Part shown: piece after piece, positions 9,466 to 17,891 of the stretch
Numbering within the stretch: the stretch's first letter is position 1
Layout: each line of letters starts with the position of its first letter
NCBI GenBank assembly: GCA_043818275.1
Contig: JBDRFY010000056.1
Span: 1 to 26,212, forward strand
Source: a bacterium
Lineage (GTDB): Bacteria; Babelota; Babeliae; Babelales; JAUWHS01
Direction: 5' to 3'
DNA: 26,212 nt
The notes under the pieces: model-generated
The model's input: the letters and a program-made list of their open reading frames with translations, nothing else
The model's database searches: none
What the model was told of the DNA's origin: nothing
Translations under genes and position numbers: made by a program

Positions 9466-9520
9466 CAAAATAGAGAATCTTAATTTTTCTTTGTTATCCT
9501 GAACTTGATTCAGGATCTCT
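9439..9520. repeat. Inverted doublet of a 31-bp TGTC-tagged REP-like palindrome (9439-9469 and 9490-9520, 20-nt spacer)
   Basis: AGAGATCCTGAATCAAGTTCAGGATGACAAA and its reverse complement with 1 mismatch. Each copy has an internal ATCCTGAA/TTCAGGAT stem. Confidence 0.9.
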
Positions 9521-9558
9521 GGTTTTAATAATTTTTCATATTAATTTAAAGGGTAGTT

Positions 9559-10206
9559 ATGGAAATTTATCCATCTTTAATTTCTTCAGATTTATTAAAT
9601 TTGCAAAAAACAATAAATATTCTGCAACCAGTTGTTGATGGTTTTCACATTGATGTTATGGATGATCATTTTGTTCCAAATCTAACCTGGGGTCCAGCGT
9701 TTGTTGATGCAATTGTTGGTGCAACTGAAAAACCATTACATGTACACATAATGGTTGATAACCCTACAATATGGACAAAAAGAATAAAATTATTACGAGA
9801 TCGTGACACTTTAATTTTTCATTATGAAGCAATTGATTGTAAAAAAATTCCAAAACTTATTGAAGAAATTAAAAATCAAAATGTAAATGTTGGTATTGCA
9901 ATAAATCCAAAAACTGATATTAATGTTGTTTTTGATTTTTTACCTGATTTAAATAATGTTTTAATTATGTCTGTTAATCCAGGTTTTTCAGGGCAACGAT
10001 TTATGCCGCAAGTTATGGATAAAATAACTCCGTTATTTGAATATAGAGAAAAAAATAATTTTAATTTTAAAATTAGTATGGATGGAGGAATTGGTCAGAG
10101 TAATATTAAAAATCTGGTTGATTTGGGCGTGGATCAGTTTGGAATTGCTTGCGCAATTTTTTCACAAAAAGATTGGATTGCAGCAGTTGAAAATTTGAAA
10201 GTTTAA
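9559..10206 (+). CDS. rpe: Ribulose-phosphate 3-epimerase
   Basis: PSLISSD, HIDVMDDHFVPNLTWG, HVHIMV, MSVNPGFSGQ and MDGG motifs. Confidence 0.95.
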   Translation: MEIYPSLISSDLLNLQKTINILQPVVDGFHIDVMDDHFVPNLTWGPAFVDAIVGATEKPLHVHIMVDNPTIWTKRIKLLRDRDTLIFHYEAIDCKKIPKLIEEIKNQNVNVGIAINPKTDINVVFDFLPDLNNVLIMSVNPGFSGQRFMPQVMDKITPLFEYREKNNFNFKISMDGGIGQSNIKNLVDLGVDQFGIACAIFSQKDWIAAVENLKV

Positions 10207-10208
10207 AA

Positions 10209-10514
10209 ATGAAATATTTGATTTTTAGTTTTTTAGTAATTTCTATATTTAGTATTTCTAATTTGCGCGCAAATAACATTCTAACTTTTCGTTTACATGA
10301 TTCTGAAGCCAAATTACCAGATGATGTTTGTTTTGTTCAGGAAAAAGATAATTGTATTGTTAAGTATGAATATAAAAAAATTAAAACTACTATTATTTCC
10401 AAAGAAGAAGTTGGGTTTATTAATTTTTTAGATGAAAAGATTAATAAATTTTTAGGATATATTTTGGGTATTAAAAAAGGTGAGTTTAATTTGGTTGATG
10501 GGGAATTTGATTAA
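10209..10514 (+). CDS. Small hypothetical exported protein (paralog A)
   Basis: Signal-peptide-like MKYLIFSFLVISIFSISNLRA. Gapless similarity to the next ORF. Confidence 0.7.
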   Translation: MKYLIFSFLVISIFSISNLRANNILTFRLHDSEAKLPDDVCFVQEKDNCIVKYEYKKIKTTIISKEEVGFINFLDEKINKFLGYILGIKKGEFNLVDGEFD

Positions 10515-10597
10515 AGGTGTGAAATAGTTAAGAGTTATTGTGTTGATTTTTTCACGAAGAGATTGTATGAAAAATGTTAAGGGATGGGGAGAGTTAG

Positions 10598-10855
10598 CTG
10601 AGGTATTTTTTGGGGGGTGTATTATTTTTTTTATTTTTTTATATTTCGAATTTAAATGCAAGAAAAAGAATAAATATTTATTGGGAAAATAATGATGCTG
10701 GTATTCCAGAAAATATTTGTATTATTAAAAAAGAAAAAGGTTTGATTTTTAAGTACATATATAAAAAAGAGGTCATGGCTAAAGTGCAATTATATGAGCA
10801 ATATTTAGAAAAATCAGATTTAAATATATATTTGAATTTGCCTTCAGATAAATAA
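10598..10855 (+). CDS. Small hypothetical exported protein (paralog B), probable CTG start
   Basis: ORF track starts at TTG 10610. In-frame CTG 10598 lies 6 nt after GGAG and aligns with the ATG of paralog A. Confidence 0.6.
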   Translation: MRYFLGGVLFFLFFYISNLNARKRINIYWENNDAGIPENICIIKKEKGLIFKYIYKKEVMAKVQLYEQYLEKSDLNIYLNLPSDK

Positions 10856-10918
10856 TTTTTATTTTAAAAAATAAATATGATTTAAACGGACAATGTTTAA
10901 AATATTGAAAGGTTTTTT

Positions 10919-12091
10919 GTGTCAGAAGGTGCTAGTGTTTCAAAATTAAGAGTAGGTGTTTTTTTTGGCGGAAAGGGAATAGAGAGAGAAGTTTCTTTTA
11001 ATTCTGGCAGAACGATTTGTGATCACATAAATGAATTTGAGTATGACACAGTTCCTATTTTTCAGCGATTTGATGGAGAGCTTTTTATTTTGCCATGGCA
11101 TTTTATGCACAGAGGTAAAATTTCTGATTTTATTAACAGGTTAGAAACAGAGGCAAAAAAAATATCCTGGGATGAGCTTAAAAATTTAATTGATTTTATG
11201 TACATTGCAACTCATGGAAGATTTGGTGAGGATGGGACAGTACAGGGATTTCTTGAAATTTTAGGAATTCCGTATCTTGGGGCAAAAGTTTTTGGCAGTT
11301 CTTTGGGGATGAATAAAATAATGCAGAAAACTTTTTTTCGGACCAATGGGATAGATGTGGCAAAAGATGTTTTTTTTTCCGCTTATGAAATTAAAAACTT
11401 ATCCAATGAAATAATTTTAAAAAAATTAAAAGAAAATAAAATAGATTTATCATGCGTTGTAAAACCAAATAATGAAGGTTCAAGTTTTGGTGTTGCGGTT
11501 GTTGAAAAAAAAGATGATTTATTAAATGCTATAAAAAAAACGTCAAAATGTGATAACCGATTTGAGCAGGATGTTATTGTTGAAGAAAAAATAGAAGGGA
11601 TGGAATTTGTTTGTGTTTGTTTGCAGAAAATAAATAAGAATGATAGCCCTACTTCGCATAAAGCTTCCGGTTTCGTACCGCAAAATAGCGGCACTTCGCC
11701 GGACGTGTCTTCGGGCATGTCTTCGACATGGTTTGCGTTGCCGATAACACAAGTTATTCCTGAAGATGGTTCAAAATTTTATGATTACGATCAAAAATAT
11801 ATGCCGGGTCGGGCATCAAAAATAACTCCTGCAAACTGTAGTGCGCAAGATCAGAAAAAAATTCAGGATGTTTGTATAAAAGCAACTGAAATTTTAGATT
11901 TTTCCACGATTTCACGTATTGATGGTTTTTTAACTAAAGATGGCAAAGTAGTATTGATTGATCCGAATGCTTTAACCGGAATGGCTCCAGCAACCTTTTT
12001 ATTTCATCAGGCTGCAGAAATTGGTATGAGTCATACTCAACTTATTAATTATTTAATTGAAGTTGAATTGCAAAATTACAAAAGAGGTTAA
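10919..12091 (+). CDS. ddl: D-alanine--D-alanine ligase family protein, copy 1, with a repeat-derived insertion of about 24-28 aa
   Basis: FGG..EREVS, HGRFGEDGTVQG, VKPNNEGSSFG, FYDYDQKY and RIDGF ATP-grasp motifs. Confidence 0.88.
   Translation: MSEGASVSKLRVGVFFGGKGIEREVSFNSGRTICDHINEFEYDTVPIFQRFDGELFILPWHFMHRGKISDFINRLETEAKKISWDELKNLIDFMYIATHGRFGEDGTVQGFLEILGIPYLGAKVFGSSLGMNKIMQKTFFRTNGIDVAKDVFFSAYEIKNLSNEIILKKLKENKIDLSCVVKPNNEGSSFGVAVVEKKDDLLNAIKKTSKCDNRFEQDVIVEEKIEGMEFVCVCLQKINKNDSPTSHKASGFVPQNSGTSPDVSSGMSSTWFALPITQVIPEDGSKFYDYDQKYMPGRASKITPANCSAQDQKKIQDVCIKATEILDFSTISRIDGFLTKDGKVVLIDPNALTGMAPATFLFHQAAEIGMSHTQLINYLIEVELQNYKRG
11647..11730 (+). repeat. Nested GC-rich palindromic elements in frame in ddl copy 1 (outer 11647-11719, inner 11666-11707, trailing CATGTC-TTC-GACATG hairpin 11716-11730)
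   Basis: The outer CCCTACTTCGCATAAAGCT^TCTTCGGGCATG is interrupted by the 42-nt TCCGG-TTTCG-hairpin-CTTCG-CCGGA-CGTG. No counterpart at the equivalent position of ddl copy 2. Confidence 0.85.
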
Positions 12092-12094
12092 AAA

Positions 12095-13225
12095 ATGAAT
12101 AAAAAAATTAAAGTCGCTGTTTTGTTGGGGGGAAATACAAATGAACGTGAAATTTCATTAGAATCAGGACGAAATATTTGTTACAAATTAAATACGGAAA
12201 AATATGAAGTGTTACCAATTTTTGTTGATGACAAAATGGAGCTTTATAGATTAGATCAAAAATTATTAGTTCAAAATTCAACGCGTGAAATTGAAAAAAA
12301 AGTAACAGAAGAAATAAAAGTTAATTGGTCCGGCTTATCTGAAATTTGTGATTTTGTTTTTATTGCACTTCATGGAGGATTTGGTGAAAATGGGGCGGTC
12401 CAGGGAACATTAGAAATGCTTGGCCTTCCTTATAATGGTTCTGGAGTGTTAACGAGTGCAATTTGTATGGACAAAGTAAAAACGACAGATTTTTTGAGGG
12501 CTCATGGTTTTGATGTTCCTAATTCTTTTTTGATTCAAAAAAATGTTTGGCAGGAACAAAAAGATGAAAAACAAAAAGAAGATTTTTTAAAAAAATTATT
12601 AAAAGATTTTGAATTTCCTGTAATTGTAAAACCGCATGATGATGGATGCAGTTTTGGGGTTGCAAAAATTGAAAATATTTTTGAAACAATAAAACAAATT
12701 GATAATTTTTTTGTTAACTACAAAAAGGATTCAGTTTTGATCGAAGAATTAATAAAAGGGATGGAACTTACTTGCGGTGTAATTGGAAATGATAAAGTAA
12801 TTGCGTTGCCTCCAAGCAAAGCCGTTGCAGCGCAAGGAATTTTATCAATCGAAGAAAAATTTCTACCAGGCGCGGGAGAAAATATTACTCCGGCCCCGTT
12901 GCCCGAAGAATCATTAAAATTTGTTCAAAAAACAATGCAAGATGTTTATTCAACTTTAAATTGCAAAGGTTACGCTCGCGTTGATTGTTTTTTTCAAAAT
13001 GCGCAAGAAAGTAAAACGAAAAAAGACAGAGTTGTAATTTTAGAAATTAACAGTCTTCCCGGCATGACTCCGGCAACATGTATTTTTCATCAAGCGGCGG
13101 AAATTGGAATAAGACCGATGGAATTTGTGGATAAAATTGTTGAACTTGGTTTTGAAAATCACAAACAAGTTAAAACGGATATTAAAAATAAAATTTATGA
13201 AAAAATAAAACAAACAAATGTTTAA
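12095..13225 (+). CDS. ddl: D-alanine--D-alanine ligase family protein, copy 2 (divergent specificity residues)
   Basis: LGG..EREIS, LHGGFGENGAVQG, VKPHDDGCSFG, ARVD and LEINSLPGMT motifs. Confidence 0.88.
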   Translation: MNKKIKVAVLLGGNTNEREISLESGRNICYKLNTEKYEVLPIFVDDKMELYRLDQKLLVQNSTREIEKKVTEEIKVNWSGLSEICDFVFIALHGGFGENGAVQGTLEMLGLPYNGSGVLTSAICMDKVKTTDFLRAHGFDVPNSFLIQKNVWQEQKDEKQKEDFLKKLLKDFEFPVIVKPHDDGCSFGVAKIENIFETIKQIDNFFVNYKKDSVLIEELIKGMELTCGVIGNDKVIALPPSKAVAAQGILSIEEKFLPGAGENITPAPLPEESLKFVQKTMQDVYSTLNCKGYARVDCFFQNAQESKTKKDRVVILEINSLPGMTPATCIFHQAAEIGIRPMEFVDKIVELGFENHKQVKTDIKNKIYEKIKQTNV

Positions 13226-14577
13226 TTTTGCGAAAAAAAAGAAGGACGTATATTTATTGCTTCAATATTAAATTGACCATTGTTGTCTGTTGTTAGTTTC
13301 ATAAATGTTGGGTAGTAAGTTATTGCATGGTTCTCACATTGAATTGTTGCTGAGATTAATGTAATTATTTTTTCGGTTAAGTTTGTTACTCCTGATGTGA
13401 AATCTGGGGTGAATTCTTCGTACAAAATTGATTTTTTTGGTAATTCATGTTGATGTCCACGAATAAATTTTAAAAAGTTATTTTCTAATTGATATTCTTT
13501 AAGGACTTCGTTTAAAAATAATTCATTGTATTTAATAAATGCTGGACCACGTACTGTATTATTTTGAACAATCGGATAGCTTTCATCTGTATACAAAATA
13601 TCTGCCCATAAAAAATTAATAAAAGGATTATTTAGTGTAAACTGATCAAAAAGAGGTTGTTCCAAAGTTTTTCCATAAATTTGTAGTATTTTTGGCGCAT
13701 CATCAAAATCAACTAATTCTAATGGATTAAATTGTAATTTGAAATTATTTAGTACCGCTAAAAAATTTTTAGGGTTATATCTAAATTCAAAGCCTGCATG
13801 GCTTAAATGAATAAATTTTTGTTTATCTGATGTAAGGTAAACTGCGGCTGGCATTAACGCATAAGATGTTTTTAATTGATTAACAAATTGAAGATTGAAT
13901 TTTTTAAATTTATTTGCTAGCTCTTTTAAAAAACCATAGTTTAAATTTATATTTATATCTTCATGATTGCCCCGAATTAAAACAACATTGTATGGATTAA
14001 TTATTTTTAAAAGCATAATGGTTGTTAAAGTTTCCAGACCCATTTCCCCTCGGTCTGTATAATCTCCTAGAAATATTAAATTGGCATTATGCAATTTTAA
14101 ATTTGTATCTAATACAGAAGTAGTTTTATCAATAAATAAATGTTTTTCTCTTTTAATTATATAATTTAATATTTCAAAGAGATCATTAAAATTTCCGTGT
14201 AGATCTCCAATTACATAAGTTTTTTCTAAGTTATTTGTGAATAATGCGCAAGTATGAAATGTTTTATCGATTTGTTTAATTGGTCGTGAAATTATTATCC
14301 CTTTTAAAGGGATAATAATTTCATTTGTTCTTTGTTTTATAGGCCAATATTTTTGTTTAGTGAAAATTTTTGAGCATGTAGTATTAAATTTAGTAATTAT
14401 TTCTATGAAAGTTTCTTCACGGATCTTTTTTTCGTTTAATTGATCACGCCACTCATAAAAATTTAAGTTTTTTAAATTTTCTATATCTATGTCGAAGGAA
14501 TTTAGTTTTGTTTGGTGGGACAACAAAATTAAAAAAAGAGATAAAAAAAGGATATTTAATTTTTTTGTTTTTTTCAT
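13222..14577 (-). CDS. PPP-family Ser/Thr phosphatase-like metallophosphoesterase with predicted signal peptide
   Basis: GDLHG, GDYTDRG, RGNHE, SHAG, LWAD and IRGHQ motifs. N-terminus MKKTKKLNILFLSLFLILL. Confidence 0.85.
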   Translation of the reverse strand: MKKTKKLNILFLSLFLILLSHQTKLNSFDIDIENLKNLNFYEWRDQLNEKKIREETFIEIITKFNTTCSKIFTKQKYWPIKQRTNEIIIPLKGIIISRPIKQIDKTFHTCALFTNNLEKTYVIGDLHGNFNDLFEILNYIIKREKHLFIDKTTSVLDTNLKLHNANLIFLGDYTDRGEMGLETLTTIMLLKIINPYNVVLIRGNHEDININLNYGFLKELANKFKKFNLQFVNQLKTSYALMPAAVYLTSDKQKFIHLSHAGFEFRYNPKNFLAVLNNFKLQFNPLELVDFDDAPKILQIYGKTLEQPLFDQFTLNNPFINFLWADILYTDESYPIVQNNTVRGPAFIKYNELFLNEVLKEYQLENNFLKFIRGHQHELPKKSILYEEFTPDFTSGVTNLTEKIITLISATIQCENHAITYYPTFMKLTTDNNGQFNIEAINIRPSFFSQN

Positions 14578-14672
14578 AATTAAAAAATTTTCTAGTTTAA
14601 AAAAGATTTTTTGTATAAAAACAACTGATCTTATTATAAAAACTATATTTTTATCGTCAAAAAGTTTCAGTC

Positions 14673-15281
14673 TTAAAGTTTACTTCCAGATAAAAAAGAC
14701 AATGCGGATCTTATTAATTTATCCAATGGGTAATTTTGATCAGAATATTTTTCTGTTAAATACATCATCGCTTTTGAAATTTCCGGTTTTGAATAATTTA
14801 ATGAGACTAAAACATCATTAATATTTTGCCAGTGTGTAAAATCTTGTTGTTGTTCACTTAGATTTATTTGACCGGAAGAAAGAAGTTTTGAAATTTTATG
14901 CTTTAATTGCACAATAATTTGTTCTGCTTTTTTTTCACCAATTCCGCTAATTGAGCTTAAAGCATCTTCATTCTGCGTTGTTATAACTTCTATAAATCTC
15001 CCCGGACTCATTTGCGATAAAATACTAAGCGCAATACTTGGACCAATTTTTGGGCAATCAATTATCATTAAGAATATTTGTCTTTCTGTTTCATCCTTAA
15101 AACCATAAAAACTTGGTCCTTTTTCCTGATTCCAGTGCATATACGTATATATTTTTTCTTCTTTGTCTTTTGAAAAATTTTTTGTATTTGGAACATGTAA
15201 CTGAAAACCCATTCCATTTGTAACGATAGTTAAATTTTTTTCACCGATATTTTCAATTTTGCCTATTAAATAATTAATCAT
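14673..15281 (-). CDS. ruvA: Holliday junction branch migration protein RuvA
   Basis: MINYLIG, YGF...ER, HhH motifs (KIGPSIA, GIGEKKAEQI) and C-terminal LVSLNY. ruvB/ruvC are not adjacent. Confidence 0.93.
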   Translation of the reverse strand: MINYLIGKIENIGEKNLTIVTNGMGFQLHVPNTKNFSKDKEEKIYTYMHWNQEKGPSFYGFKDETERQIFLMIIDCPKIGPSIALSILSQMSPGRFIEVITTQNEDALSSISGIGEKKAEQIIVQLKHKISKLLSSGQINLSEQQQDFTHWQNINDVLVSLNYSKPEISKAMMYLTEKYSDQNYPLDKLIRSALSFLSGSKL

Positions 15282-15469
15282 TTTTTTCTCCTTTTTATTA
15301 TGGCTATTTGAATTAAAATGGTCTAATGTGTCAGTTTTTTGAAGCTTTTGTGTTTTTAATTAATTAATTTATATTTACAGCTATATTTTAATTAGTTTTT
15401 TATGGTTGTTCCATTAATTAATAATAATTGAACTAATGATAATAGTTTTGGGGTTGGGGTTTTATAATT

Positions 15470-16135
15470 ATGAAATTCTTTAATTACATCTTAATTTTAG
15501 TTTTATCATTTTTATGTTTAAAAAATTCTTTTTCTGGTGTTATTGAAAATCAAACTTCAACAGCGAATTTTTCTATAGCCGCGCCTTGGTCAAAATCATC
15601 AGATTATACCTCATATCATGAATCGGGACATTTTTTATTTGCCTCCTTATTGAATAACAAGAGAATTGAAAGTGAAATAGTCGAAGAATTTTCTTTTTTT
15701 GTATTTTCAGATTTTACAGGTTCTACAAGCACCTATTTTCCAAATGATTTTTCAATAACTTTGGAACAAGAATTGGACCGAATTTGTTTTTATTTAGCCG
15801 GGGGTATCGCAACAGAAATTATTTACGGATCTAAAAATGGTGTTTCTGATGATGAGGCGCAAGTTGAAAAACATATTAAAAATTTGCTTGAGAAATATAA
15901 GAACGATTCCGTTCCTTTAAATAAAATTAAAGATTATTTTGGTTTATCCATTTTTACAAAAGAAGATTTTAATTTTAAGTGTTTAAAAGGTGAGTGTTAT
16001 AAAAAAACCGAAAAAATTATTTCTGAAAATATAGAATTATTGAAACTTATCGCAAATAAATTAGAAGACAAAAGGAAATTGGATTATGAAGAGATGGAAA
16101 AATTGATTTGTGATTTTGAAAGTATTGAGATTTAA
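15470..16135 (+). CDS. Exported stand-alone peptidase M41 (FtsH protease domain)-like protein, paralog 1
   Basis: Signal peptide, YHESGH (HEXXH), LAGGIATEIIYG and GVSDD. No AAA+ domain. Confidence 0.7.
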   Translation: MKFFNYILILVLSFLCLKNSFSGVIENQTSTANFSIAAPWSKSSDYTSYHESGHFLFASLLNNKRIESEIVEEFSFFVFSDFTGSTSTYFPNDFSITLEQELDRICFYLAGGIATEIIYGSKNGVSDDEAQVEKHIKNLLEKYKNDSVPLNKIKDYFGLSIFTKEDFNFKCLKGECYKKTEKIISENIELLKLIANKLEDKRKLDYEEMEKLICDFESIEI

Positions 16136-16161
16136 ATATTTAGTATTAAATGGGGGTTGAC

Positions 16162-16914
16162 ATGTTCAAACTTAAAAATAAATTTTTAATAATTATATCT
16201 TTTTTAATATTCTCTAATGTTTTTTCGCTTAGTGTTTTACAACGTTTAACTAATACTTTTCAGGGACCGGCTTTATATATTGTGCAAAATCAAAAAGAGG
16301 TGAAAAAAGGTATTAAGGAACCTTTTTATTGGATTACAACCAATTCTAGCGATAGTTTGGATTCGGCTGTTTGTCATGAAGTTTCTCATACTCTGGTTGG
16401 ATATAAATTGGGATTTAGAATAACAAACGCTTCTGTCTACAAAGACTCTCTTCTTCGCTACGCTTACGTTGGTAAAACCGAATTTGAATTAGGTGGCGAA
16501 GAATTTAAAAATAAAACAGAAATTGATCAGGACGTTTTAAATCAATTAAGCGATGAAGTTTTAAAAAATTTGATTTGTATGGCTTTAGCTGGTGGCTTAG
16601 GAACAGAAATTATTTATGGTCAGGATTATGGTATGTCAGGTGATGATGGAGTGATAGATATCATTGGAGCAGAATTAATTAAAAGAGAAAATAATTCATT
16701 ATTGGATAAAGTTTTATTAGCCACTAAAGATTTATCATTTATTTCCAAGAATGATTTTAAAGCTAAAGTAAAAGAGATTAAAAAAGAATGTTACGAAAAA
16801 ACAAAGACTTTACTTATTGAAAATAGAGATACCCTTGAGAAATTAAGCAAACGATTAAAAAATAGTTCGGATAAAATTTTGAATGAAGATCAGATTAAAG
16901 AAATAATTGGATAA
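16162..16914 (+). CDS. Exported stand-alone peptidase M41-like protein, paralog 2
   Basis: Signal peptide, CHEVSH, LAGGLGTEIIYG, GMSGD and ECYEKTKTLLIEN (ECYKKTEKIISEN in paralog 1). ATG 16162 follows GGGGG. Confidence 0.7.
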   Translation: MFKLKNKFLIIISFLIFSNVFSLSVLQRLTNTFQGPALYIVQNQKEVKKGIKEPFYWITTNSSDSLDSAVCHEVSHTLVGYKLGFRITNASVYKDSLLRYAYVGKTEFELGGEEFKNKTEIDQDVLNQLSDEVLKNLICMALAGGLGTEIIYGQDYGMSGDDGVIDIIGAELIKRENNSLLDKVLLATKDLSFISKNDFKAKVKEIKKECYEKTKTLLIENRDTLEKLSKRLKNSSDKILNEDQIKEIIG

Positions 16915-16921
16915 AAAGTTT

Positions 16922-16952
16922 AAGGCCCCAAATTTATTGGGGCCTTTTTTTT
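16922..16952 (+). terminator. Intrinsic terminator between convergent genes
   Basis: AAGGCCCCAA-attta-TTGGGGCCTT stem with a T-run at 16945-16952. Confidence 0.8.
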
Positions 16953-17565
16953 AAACTGTGAAGTTTCTTTTTTGATTAGGATTGTTTTTATCTACAAGCT
17001 TTAAATTTAATTGATATAAATCAACATTTTTATTAACAAACATTAACTTATTAATTTTACTCTTTGATTTTATTTTTATTTCTTCATGTGGATAAATAGC
17101 CTTTAAATCAAAATCATGGTTTAAATCTTTGTTATAGTCTTTTGATTTTATTCCATCAACCGCGGCTCCAATAAAAAGCGGCCAGAAAAATAATCCGCCA
17201 GCGCACCAGGCCGCGACTCTTAAAGAAGTATTGCGATGGAGGTTTTTAGCTACTTGGCTAGGTTCTTCTATTTGTATGTTCATATCATCTGAATAAATAG
17301 AATAATTTTGATCAGTTTTATTTTTAATACTTAAAAGAATAGGTTTATAACCTTTTTGTGATAATTTTTGACTGGCACTTTTGCCAAAAATTTCTCTTGA
17401 TTCTTTTTCGTTTAGAATTTTTTTATGAACCGTTATGCCTTCTATATTTTGCTTTTGCCCATTAATTTTTGGCAAAGGTTTTGAATGGTATTTTGCGCAA
17501 CTAGCCAATAAAACAAGCAATAAAACGGGCAATATTCTTTTTGATATTTGTTTCCTAATTTTCAT
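16951..17565 (-). CDS. Hypothetical lipoprotein
   Basis: MKIRKQISKRILPVLLLVLLASC lipobox (LASC) and an internal hydrophobic Gly/Ala-rich segment. ATG 17565 follows a G-rich RBS. Confidence 0.7.
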   Translation of the reverse strand: MKIRKQISKRILPVLLLVLLASCAKYHSKPLPKINGQKQNIEGITVHKKILNEKESREIFGKSASQKLSQKGYKPILLSIKNKTDQNYSIYSDDMNIQIEEPSQVAKNLHRNTSLRVAAWCAGGLFFWPLFIGAAVDGIKSKDYNKDLNHDFDLKAIYPHEEIKIKSKSKINKLMFVNKNVDLYQLNLKLVDKNNPNQKRNFTV

Positions 17566-17891
17566 GAAAATTCCCCCCAAAAAAAGCTTTTAGAATTAGA
17601 TGTTAAAAAACTTATTTCAACTATAAAATAAATCTACAAAAAGAATTTTTATTTGTAAAAAGCCTTTTGATTAGAGATCGAATAAAATTTCATCTGTTAA
17701 ATCATTTGAATTAACTAATTTAAGTGAAAATATGCCAAAATATCCTTTTTTTAGGTGTAAAAATAAGTTTAATTAAATTTTTCTTAGGGGGAATTATTAT
17801 TTTTTGCATTAGATTTATCGTTTGTGTTTTGAAATTTTGTTTCACTTTGAAATTATAATTTTTACTTTTATCCTTTATTTTTACAGGGTTA

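Noticed and set aside
9439..9520. 31-bp palindromic repeat as a CRISPR mini-array
   Set aside because: The copies are inverted rather than direct, other copies are dispersed singly, and there are no cas genes in the window.
9110..11730. Inserts in psd and ddl as inteins or introns
   Set aside because: They are far too short, lack intein terminal motifs and a group I/II core, and are explained by DNA palindromes.
12089..12097. Stop-codon readthrough or an alternative genetic code fusing the two ddl ORFs
   Set aside because: TAA and TGA act as normal stops throughout the window and a plausible RBS precedes ATG 12095. There is no positive evidence for recoding.
16453..16468. CTTCG-CTACG-CTTACG in M41 paralog 2 as another element copy
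   Set aside because: There is no flanking CC/GG stem or spacer and no obvious length insertion, so it is likely chance.
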